This document shows, piece after piece, positions 38,501 through 50,500 of a stretch of 64,000 nt of DNA. The DNA is from Phoronis australis (Eukaryota > Animalia > Phoronida): assembly GCA_002633005.1 (NCBI GenBank), contig NMRA01000638.1, forward strand, positions 135,965-199,964. The letters are read 5' to 3'. Made by a program: the position numbers and the translations under genes. Each line of letters opens with the position of its first letter. The stretch's first letter is position 1. The notes beneath the pieces are model-generated. The model was not told the DNA's origin. It saw nothing but the letters and a program-made list of their open reading frames with translations, and searched no databases.

Positions 38501-41500
38501 TTATTGAAAAATCATATCCAAGTATACAGCAATATTGACTACATGAATGGGTACAACAGAAGTACAATGCAAACCTTAGCATTAGGCCTGCCTTCCTGAA
38601 AACACAAGACACAACAGGCAACTGAGCCAGAGAAAACCTGAACTAAAAGCAAGTTATCACTTACGAGCAATAACTTAATAGTTAACTACAAAGGTGTGGA
38701 TTGATTAGGTTGTTAGACAGGTGCAAATTGCTAATAACATGACACCGGATGAGTATTTTAAGGGTTATGTCAACATCGTTGCCATTTAACAGTCTATTTA
38801 CACCTAACCTTTCTTAAATGTTTATTACGGAAAATACTATGAACAATAATCTATGTAAATATACCAATACATTTTAGAAATTAATAACATTTTGTGATGT
38901 TACCTGACAGCTCACATGAACACAGTATATCAACTTCATCTATCAGTCCTAACTCAAAAACTGAAAAAGTTAAAATGACAAAAAGAGAAAATTTGCAAAA
39001 ACAAGGTTCAGGAACTTGATTCATATCAACTAGAATCTGTATAAGAACAGGTCTGAACGTAAACACTTATACAAGGACTCTCCATAAACACCAACCTGGT
39101 AATATCGTTCAATGTCTGTTATCTGTAAGTTTCTTGAACTCCAATCCCTAGAGATTTCTGCTTCTTCCCGCTCATTAAGCCACATGAGCTCTGTGTTGGC
39201 TCCTTCCAAGAATTTAACCAACGAGTCGCAGGACTTCAGCCTCCGATTGGCTGTATTCTGTGCAAATTGAAATAGAGAAGTCCACATATAACATACATAG
39301 CAACAAAAAACATTAATGAATCCATCCTCNATGTCATGCCCTTGATAAAGAGTGTACTGCTTCAAATGTGGGAACAGTACTTTACCTCAAGTTTTAAACA
39401 ATAGAGTGTTGGGAGCTTTAATTGGAGATCATACAAACATGACTTGCACCAAGGGATAATAATGATCAAGTGACTTGACTTAGCAGTATGTCAGGAACAG
39501 ATGCCATTATAAACATCAAAAAACATGCATTGCACTTTTGGAGTTTTTACACAGAGTCTACCACCAGGTATTCCTGTGTCCTCACCTCTATCGTTCTTGA
39601 GGCCGGATGTCTCTCCATTACCAGAGCCTCTCCCTGGTCCTGTACGGTGTTAAACTGTGTCTCTCGCGACTCCATGTCACACATAAGGCTCTGAAGTAAA
39701 GGGAGGACTTGATCGATACTAAACAGAACAGGTTAGGCCAAAACCATCATTTGAAAATCAAGTCAGACACACTGTATCACTGAGACAAGGAAAAATGATG
39801 CGTTACTTTCTTACTCATCGCTTGGCAAACCATGGCATTTCAAACCTAGTTTACGTGCTTTTCTTCAGCTTTTCAAAATAAAAAGCACAAAATTGTAACT
39901 GAATTTTATGTGGGGAGGACATGTTTTAGTCAGTGATTATAGCACTCAAGCTGGATAGGGGTAAAGAACAGAACCAACTTTGGTTTTTGGCTGGCCTTAT
40001 CAGAAGCAATAATGAAGACTGCATACAGTGAAATCTCACCATATTCGGACAAAAATAATTTGCCAAAAATGCCTTTTCCATTTTTCAAGGGCTTCTAACC
40101 TTGTTGTGAATACCCACAAACTTTCAAAACTTTGTTTGGTGGTAGTTCTGGTACAAAATCTGAACATGGAAAATCATTCAATTTGGTGTTACTGACATAT
40201 TTTTCTTGAAAAAATTACAAAACAAAATTTCGCATCTCAGCCATATGAAGTCCTAAATTGGTGAGATTTTACTTACTAGAGGGTGTCCGAGATCCTGGAG
40301 AAAAATGGGAACAAAATCATAACAAAGAAAAGACAATTGCCTTACAGTATTCTCAAAAGATCTCAACTTGTAAAACAAGTTTATCAAAAATGCCTTTCAA
40401 CAGACTACACACTTCAAGTAGTACACATGTTACATTAATGTAAAATATATATAGCTAAATAAAACAACAATAATGGACCAATAGTTGATCCGTTATTGTT
40501 TTTTTATTTACCTACATGTACATATACTGTATTATAAATTTCGTCAAACAATAGTATCCTTTAGAGGATGTGGATTGCCTCTTTTAGTTTCAGATTTATT
40601 ATCTATGTTATAAATGTAAAGGTATACTAAAACAAACTTTTCAAAAAACAAGGCAGCACGGCTAGATCCAAGTATTGTATGACGGGTATACATAGAAATG
40701 GTATTGTTATTGAAAAATCATAACCAAGTATACAGCAATATTGACTACATGAATGGGTACAACAGAAGTACAATGCAAACCTTAGCATTAGGCCTGCCTT
40801 CCTGAAAACACGAGACACAACAGGCAACTGAGCCAGAGAAAACCTGAACTAAAAACAAGTTATCACATACAAGCAAGAACTTAATAGTTAACTACAAAGG
40901 TGTGGATTGATTAGGTGCAAATTGCTAATAACATGACACCGGATGAGTATTTTAAGGGTTATGTCAACATCGTTGCCATTTAACAGTCTATTTACACTTA
41001 ACCTTTCTTAAATGTTTATTACGGAATATACTATGAACAATAATCTATGTAAATATACCAATAGATTTTAGAAATTAATAACATTTTGTGATGTTGCCTG
41101 ACAGCTCACATGAACACAGTATATCAACTTCATCTATCAGTCCTAACTCACAAACTGAAAAAGTTAAAATGACAAAAAGAGAAAATTTGCAAAAACAAGG
41201 TTCAGGAACTTGATTCATATCAACTAGTATCTGTATAAGAACAAGTCTGAACGTAAACACTTATACAAGGACTCTCCATAAACACCAACCTGGTAATATC
41301 GTTCAATGTCTGTTATCTGTAAGTTTCTTGAACTCCAATCCCTAGAGATTTCTGCTTCTTCCCGCTCATTAAGCCACATGAGCTCTGTGTTGGCTTCTTC
41401 CAAGAATTTAACCAACGAGTCGCAGGACTTCAGCCTCCGATTGGCTGTATTCTGTGCAAATTGAAATAGAGAAGTCCACATATAACATACATAGCAACAA

Positions 41501-44500
41501 AAAACATTAATGAATCCATCCTCCCATCAGGGAAAGATGAGACACCACCCACAAGAGGTGCGATGGAATCTACCAATCTAAGTGTGGTGAGAGTACTGAT
41601 AACTATATCGGTGACTGGTCACCTAACCAGGGTTAAGGACCATCGCAACCCCAACCTCAGACCCACTGCTGTTATTCAAGAACATGCAAGGGATCTACAT
41701 CACCAGGTCTCTAATGAGGATTTCAGTATATTAAGTTTACTTCCACAGAAGTGGAAGCGTATGGTACGGGAGGCTAGTGAGATTCACGTCCACAGACCAA
41801 GTCTGAACAGAGATCCTGGACTTGCTTCCCTAATATAAGGGGAATGTCCCACGTTTGTTTTTATTGTTTTATTACACAACAAAAGAGGACGCACCTGGTG
41901 GTGAATCAAATCCGTGAGATATGAACGAAACGACTGTATACTGACAACCTCAAGGCATGGCTTTTCGGTTCCAAAAGGGATCTTTATTTAATACTATCAT
42001 CATTTAAATGGAACCCAGAAATATACATAGTCTAATTAATGAATCACCTTTCTGTAAAAACATCATATATCTGTCACAGTGCCACATCTCCACAAATGCC
42101 TCCAAATACTAACACCTAACCTATGTTGCAAGGGTTCAAACATGTCACAAAACTTGGCAAACTCCACACCGGTGCATAGACTTACAGTCAAGAGTGAGTA
42201 GGCCATTTCCAGCTTGTACAGCCATTGAGAGTAGAGCTTTTGTTCATCTGGGTTGGACAGAGCGCTGTGAGCAGATTTGCACCGCTCTACAACAGGTTTG
42301 TAGTTCATTATCTCAGAGTGATCGCGTCGGTGTTGATCACACACTGCCTGTGCCGAGTGGAGATCACTGCCATATTCAGCGACTTCCAGGGAATTCTGGG
42401 TAAAAAAGTGACAGTCAACAGCATATGCACAAGAATAGATTGCCAATGAAACCAATTCAGAGATAACACACTAAATAACCATTATGAATACTGAAGCCTA
42501 CAAAAAATCAAACATTTGTTAACAGATTAAGCATCCTCAAAAGTAAACTGACAAAATCAACACAAATCATATTAAAACATTCAAAATTCAACCAGAATGA
42601 ATGCAATTTCCTATTTTTTTAAATTGGTCAAATTCCCAACCAAACACCATTTACCATGCATGCTTAATCATATGAAGCAGTAAAGTGAGGAAGAACCAGT
42701 GACCAAACATGAGCGCTGAAATCCAGTGGACCCATTAGAAGAGGTCATAAACTAAAAACACCAGCACTCAAATATTATGTGCCCAAGGTCTCCAAAAGAC
42801 TGAAAAATATGCATGCAACTATCAACTGCGGGTCGTCATCAGTTGAGAAAAGAGAAATAATGATTTCAAAGTATGACTGAGTTTATAAATGAAAACAACT
42901 TACAATAAGTAGTAGCTAGAAGATAAATGTTTGTGATACTGGTAAAACACAGAGAGCATTGAGAAGTGCTTTTTGTGTGCATCTGCTGTGAAATTTGCAT
43001 TCATCACAAGACAATTACACCACTGATACACAAACACATTCACTGAACAGAACTGTATAGCCTACGTCACCACACTCACCTGTTTCATCTCAATCCAAGT
43101 GAGACAATCTTGTAACTGTTTGAAGGCGTCGCTAGTCTCAACTAGTCTCCGCTCAGTCTGAACCTCGGTCCGCCTCTCTACGGAGACGCCTTCTTGCACA
43201 AACTTTTGCGAGGTCAGTTTTGGAATGAGCTGGTTCTGTAGGCAGTTGTGCAGACTGGTCCACTTCTGGTACAATGTGTTGACTCTGGAAGAAACACAAG
43301 AGGATGTTGTTAGGCACAGTCAACACTAAGCTGGCAGTTAGCACCCCTTTTCACTGAAAATATTCATCTTCCTGACCTTCATCACCGAAACGTCATCCTA
43401 CAATAAGATTTCTCGAACTTTTATCCTACCACAGGTTGTGACAAAAATATCAAAACTTAGAGTTCTTTGGCCAAAGAAGGATTCCAGCTATAGATGTCAC
43501 TGTTTCCCAGGTGAAGACCTCCCAAGCTTCGCCACTTCAGCCTGGTTGTTTAGGCCAGAATAATCCAACGGCATCCCATATACCCACAGAATAAAACCAG
43601 TTCCCCATCACCACCTACCTCTTGTGGAGCAGCTCCGACTGCGCGTACCGCCCATCCCTAAGTGTCTGTACATCACTGAACAGATTACGCAAGCTTTCTT
43701 CCAGCTTACGCAATGAGTATTCAATGGCATCACAACCATTCTTGGACTCCATTGGGTGAACGCTGCCCACACGGGCGTCTTCTTCATCCAACCGACGTCC
43801 CATGTCCTCAAGGTTTTCTTCTGTGTACTTCATGTCATGGTGAACCTTCTCAGCCAATCGCTGCAGCCGTTCTAGCCTGCACAAGATCAAAATGTAGAAA
43901 TTCTTCAGTTATCTTGCAAAAAACTAGTGCACAACTCAATATAGACAGAGAACAGAAAGCAATTCATCAGCATGGGGGCAATTATGGGAAAAAGATGCCA
44001 GGAGACTGCCTGAATGTAAGTATTTCTACCAATATGCTCCTTGTTTCAATAGCACCACCAGAAACTTTAATTTCTTATTTCTAAGACTGTAATTTTTCTG
44101 TTTTTCAAATGTTGCCTACAGTGCAACAAAAAGTTTATTGAATGTTATTCTTGGCAACTGTACAGTGTGAACAAAGACAAAAATGAATTAGAATAATTTT
44201 TTTATAATTATTCAGATTCATTAAGAAATTTGACAGAATAGAATCCTAATTTTTGGCAATGTTGTATGTTAAATAGCTGAAGTGTTACTACATGACTTTT
44301 TGTCTGCCAAAATGCCTACCAGCAATCAAATATCATTCAAGAACTGAATGAAAATCAGATTTCAATCACGACACTTGGGACCAAGACTACCAAACTTCAG
44401 TCGACATTGTACTTGCAAATTAACTAATTGTGTAGCAATCTTTGAGTCCACTTTAAACTTCACGCAACGTAATTGGTGCAATTTGGAGTAAATTTTGATG

Positions 44501-47500
44501 GTCTGAGCCCTGGTTCCTACAACATACCTACTGATCTCTACCTGTATGGGCCTTGGTTCCTACAACATACCTACTGATCTCCAACTGTCTGGGCCCTGGT
44601 TCCTACAATATACCTACTGATGTCCACCTGTCTGGGTCCTGGTTCCTACAACATACCTAGTGATCTCCGCCTGTATGGCCATATCCCTCTCCTTCTGCGC
44701 CACCATGAACTTGTCCCAGAACCGCACAATGTTCTCCGCACGCAGCTGCTCGTCCACTTGAAACTGGCCAGCTGATGCCTGACACATGCGATCCAGCTCG
44801 TCAAACAGAAGCGAGAGGCGCTTGCGGTCCTGGAGGCGTGGAGGAATCTCTTTGATGCGGAAATGGTTGAACTCTGCCAACAGCGTCTAGAAATATCACC
44901 ATGAGAAAGGAAGGTGAAAAAGTTTCTTAGTCTTATTTAGCAGTTTGTAAACCTTCTACTGTGATCTTGAAAAATTCACACCGATATAATGATGTCATGA
45001 GACATTACTGGCAATATCCCCCATTTTAGATCCGTTTTTTGCATTTCATTTGTCACAGAATTTCATGGGGATCTTAGTTCGAGTTTGAAAACAGGATTTG
45101 AGGCAGTATCTGCACAAAGTAACATGTAGTACTGTCAGTTCTTCCAAAACTGGATATCACTTCCAACATTAATTAGGAACACTTTGACATGCATTTCATA
45201 AATGTAAGTGGTCGAATTAAAATTAATGATGAAGTTTTCAATATCAGAAATCTCTGAAATGAGTTTTACTTTCCATGAATTTCACCTTTTTCCTTTCCTA
45301 TGCAAGGAAACTACTTTTGTTATCCCACATGAGTGCAAATCATGCATAAGTGAAAACTTGTGACCAGAACACACATACGACTTCAAACATATACCTTCAT
45401 CTCAATGAGAGTGTTTGGAAAGTTGGAGTCTAGCATCATGCTGGTAGAGTCTCTGATCCAGCGTAGCAAAGACGCGGCCAGGTCACGATACTCCTCCCAC
45501 TTGACCCTTCTCTCCTGTTAAAACAACACACAACTGTCAACGTCCAGAATGTAACAATGACTAACACCTTTTGACCAATTTGATCAACCTTAAAATGTGC
45601 AGAATCTCTATGATTTGCAGGTCAAATGTGACTAACATGTTCCGACAGTTCGCGATAATACACTGATAATTTGAACGTACTCAAGTTTACATAACCCCAG
45701 TCTCCTCAAAAACTGTCCGACAGCAAAAAATATCACCAATTTAGGATCAGGGCTTGGAATGACCAATGACAAAAAACGCGGAAACTATAATCATGTGCGC
45801 TACCCAGCCTTGAAATGGTCGATGTGAACCTTTCCCCGACAAAAATCGGGAGGACTAAAAAAAAAATAAAAAAAAAACGTTACCACCATCACTAGCATGC
45901 GTCTGCGTCCTTTTAGCTCGTCCTTCCACTCCCAACCCACACATTATTGGCTGCAGAGCCGTAGCATTTGTCGCCGCGGTTTACAATAACATGAGACGCC
46001 ATTGAAAATCCCACCACGCTTACCCAGATTCCCCGGCAATGTTGACAATTTACGTTCCTCCGAAACATAAAGAGCAACTTCCGCTTTTCGAGGTCAACGT
46101 CGTCTGCAACGCCGCGGTAAGAAAGGAATTTGCCGCGGAAATTTTATATCAAATCCGATTTTTTTTTTACGCGGAAATATAATAAAATGCGCGGACAGAA
46201 CATTTGAAAAAAGCGGAAATCCACGTTTCCGCGGAAAATTCCAAGCCCTGTAGGATACAATGAAGAGAAAAAAAGGATTTTTTATCACAAAACACAAGTT
46301 ACATCGAAACAGTGCTTTATGGTTTTTAAGTTCTCTCCAACAGCTACCATCATATAATATTTTGAAATACTTCGGCAATCACAACAATGTTAAACCCTTG
46401 AAAATTGAAAAGGGGGCCAACTTTCACATTTTTGTCAAAAATTGGTATATTGTACCACCCAAATTTCAGCAGTGTACTACAGGTTAACTTACGTTGTCAG
46501 CGACAGACTGTTGGGCCGATGGTATCTCGGGAAAGACATCGTAAAGTGAAGACACGTAGGTTAATATAGACTTCTCATCAGGCATAGGCACATCGATATC
46601 TGGGAAAACAGGGTACACAATGGTTAAGCATTTAATGTCAAGACTGAGCAATGGATCCAGGTTGAGGTTTTGTAGATTTTTATGAGCCAGAACTAAACAG
46701 AAATTGTATCAAGAATGGAGCATTTTCAGCATTAAAGCATTTCCTTAATTTATGGCATTGTTAGTCCACAATTATTAATGACTACACTCTCAAGGCAACC
46801 AACACACTTGGCACTATCTGTAACCTTATAAGAAATCTTTTCTTCTGGACAGCTAATACTTGATTACCAGCAGAAATAAAACAACAGCAATTGTACGCAA
46901 GAAAAACTCATAATTTTGATTTATCATTTATATTCTCACATGAATGTCCATGATTCTAATCTGTAACCTTCATGCTAAAAATAAGAATTTTGTAGTGAAA
47001 ACTTGTATGATTTCCATTTTTCTGAAAGAATAAATGAAAGCGCTCCGAGGAGTGACACTTGGCGAAATTAACAGAAAAGACGGCGATAGAGATGATGACG
47101 AAGATGACGAAAATAACAACAATGGTGGCGATGATGAACAATACAAGTAATGATAACATTCACAAGACGAACGTAGAGGCCAGAAAGTAAGTATAGACTA
47201 CAGTCTTGAGCGACACTTGGCGAAATTAACTGAAAAGACGACGACGGAGATGATGACGAAGATGACGAATATGATGACGATGGTGATGATGCTGAACAAC
47301 ATCATAACATTCATATGACGCACGTAGATGTCATAAATCAGCAAGAAATAGGCTACAGTCTTGTTCAATAGAAGTTAAACCAACATCAATGCAGCAAGAG
47401 CGCTCAACAAAGGAACAGCACTATCAGAAAATATCGAATAATTCGAAAAGTAGACGTCATAGTGAACAAGAGCAACGCAGAGCGTTGAAATGCGCCAACA

Positions 47501-50500
47501 AATGCATCGCAAATGGTGTGCTTTTAGGGTTATTTATTTGTATCACAAAAATGGCCACTAGATGGCGCAAAAACGTACAATCCATCCAAAAATGGGAACA
47601 TGTCATATTTCATAAAAATCTGTCAAGGAACTTCAGAGAAACAAAGGAAAACAGAACAAAATGAAATTGCCACTTGTGGGCACAGCGTTCCATCCACCTG
47701 AAAGTAGTCGTCTGTTATCTTCATATAAGTTCACTTACTAAATTTAATAAAGATCATGCAGTGGGTTTTGGAGATACAGCTAAGGGCACAAAACAAAACA
47801 AAATTGCCACTAGGAGGCGCCACAGTAGTCAAAATCGTCAGAAAATCATCGTCAGCCGTCAACTTCACAGTAAGAACATACGTGCCAATTTTCACAATCA
47901 TCCTTTGAGCGGTTTGCGTGAGAGAGGGGTGCACGCGAAAAAACAGACTCGAAAACAGTAAAAATGGCCACTAGGCAGCGCAAACTACGTTGAATCCATC
48001 CGAAAACAGCAAGGACAGCATCATCTCACTAATAGGTGTATAGATACCAAATTTTATGAAAATCCGTTCAGGACTTTTGAAGATACAGAGATAAACGTAA
48101 AAAAACTAAAATTGCCACTAGGGGGCACACGGGTAGTCGGATCCGTCCGAAAGTTCCCTCATGCTATCCCATCCACGAAGAAACATGGGTGCAAAATTTC
48201 ATGAACATACGACAAGGCATTTTGGAGATAGAGCAGCAGACGCTGGACGGACGGTCGAACGGACGGAGATGACGGCATAATGCGTCCACATATAAATATG
48301 TGGGCGCATAAAAAATGAAAAAAATCTTCTGAAAGCCCGTTCAAAACTCTATCTAAATTGATGGTATTGCCTAGTTCCGAAAATTTTTCAAAACAATTGA
48401 AATTTTGGTTTTTTTTTTGAAATTCAAAGTCAAATAACTCGAAAACGGGAAGTCTGAGAAAAAATTGTTGCAGGTCATTTGAACGCGTATACCTCAGAGA
48501 ATCCACATGCAAAAAATCATGTCTTTTTCTCTTCCCGTTTAAAATGGCACTCCAGCACAACTGAAAATGGGTCAACATGCGCCAGATCCGCCATCTTGAA
48601 AACAACTTCCGTTTTTTTAATTCTGAATAATAGCATGTCATAAGAAAATAATACCTGAAAAATGTCGAAACAATTGGTCCTATAATGCGCCCTCTACATA
48701 ATAAAACGTTTTTACCTGAAATCGAGGTGCGCATGCACAAGTGCCGACATTTCTTTAACCAGAAATTAACAATTTCCAGTATACATGCAGCACACGTCTA
48801 GTCCAATAATTGTGCCGATTTTCAGTCTAGTACGGCAAAAATTGTAGCCTCCAGAAGCATTTGAATCTTACAATGAAAACAAAATGGCCACCACAGCCGC
48901 CATCTTGGATCCGATTATGACGAAAAACTATAGGCTTCCAGTACTTGCGAAAGTACGTGTTATGTGTAAATTTCCTGATTGGACAAAAATCGCGACCTGT
49001 ATCGTGCGAACGAACAAAAAAACGGGAGCGCTTTGAGGAGTGACACTTGGCAAAATTAATCGAAAAGACGATGATGCGGAGGACGACGACAATCATGACG
49101 ATGAAGATGGCAATTATGAACAACATGATAACATTCATGTGAGTAGCGAAGCAGTAAGGCTGCAGTCTTGTTTACGCGCCCGGTTTCTCGGACGGCAGAC
49201 GACAGAGGTTGATAGCAAATGACAGTCACCGGTTTGCATCAAAAGTAGGGAAAAAACTTGGCTTTTCTCATTCAAAAACACAAGTTAATCAGTTTCCTGG
49301 CATCTGTTTTCAACAAATTCCTCAAACAACGAGCCAAAGCTGACATACGCCTTGTAGATGAGTTGTAGGCACTAGAAAATACCCGGACAGACCTAACAGA
49401 AAGAAGTGACAACTTGAGACAGCAATAGTCAAGCTGTGTTGTTTAATGACTATAAATATACAGCATACCAAAGCACAATCAATTACACTGAGCATTATTT
49501 ACACTTCACTTACCTTCAGCATCTAACAGCTTGGTCACACCAAACTCTTTTTCTGCTGTGTCAAATGCTAGCTCCAAGTTCTGTCTGGCTGTGTTGCTGC
49601 GCACTAGCCTGTAGTCTATGGCATCAGGTCTGCAATAAAAAGCAATAAACATTTGCTACACAAACCAATAAAAACATTTCATAGTGTAACAAAACATAAG
49701 GTATAGCACCAAACTAATTCTTACTATGTTTTGACGTTATATGCCATTTCACGAAATTCTGAAAACTGGTGGGGATTTACATCGATGTCAGAAGACCTTG
49801 AGAAAAGGGCAAATTGCAATTATTTTTAACCGAAATTGTAGACATTTTACCGTTCCTGTGTTTTGATGGCTCAATTTTGCATTAATCAGAAAAAAATATT
49901 TCCAATTCTGAGGTAAGACGAAAGAACAGTTTTTGTTTTCCACTGGCAACTATGTCAGGGACAGGGTGGCATACTAATAGCAAGCTAAGCCATCTGAGAC
50001 TTGTTCGGTCTTAATTTGAAGTAGCAGGTTTTTGAGCTTCCAACTTGATGCTCAATATTTAACCATTACAACAACAGCAATGGCAAGAAAAACTACAAAA
50101 ACCACAGTAATTTGAAGGAACTGTTTAGTTGAAATCGAGAAGAGAATTCCTTAACACATCTCAAATTATTAGCGGATGCTTTAATATCAAATACATAATT
50201 TTATTTTAGGCAGTACATTACTACTTGTCTATTCAAAGTGTGATGCCCTGCTTCCACAAAACTAATGGTGACTTAACATTTTGAATTCCTGAAGTTACTA
50301 ACATATGAAGTTGTCTTGCATAACCTAAAACTTATCTCCACTTACAATGTTATTAAATCAAAAGGTGTGTCTAATGATTACAAGATTTCGAAATTAAAAA
50401 TGTACAGGTATAAATTAGGTCATGAAATAATCACACAACATAACCACCTAAGTGTATGCCCGAAGTCAACAAAAACTAGATTTACATGGTTTGGCGCCAC

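Larger units (their letters stand above)
37138..41523. repeat. ~2.19-kb tandem duplication joined at N (39330) containing two exons
   Basis: 37138-39329 matches 39331-41523 with scattered SNPs and small indels. Confidence 0.92.

Noticed and set aside
44510-44680. CRISPR-like appearance of the 43-bp repeats
   Set aside because: No unique spacers, no cas genes, eukaryotic intron context
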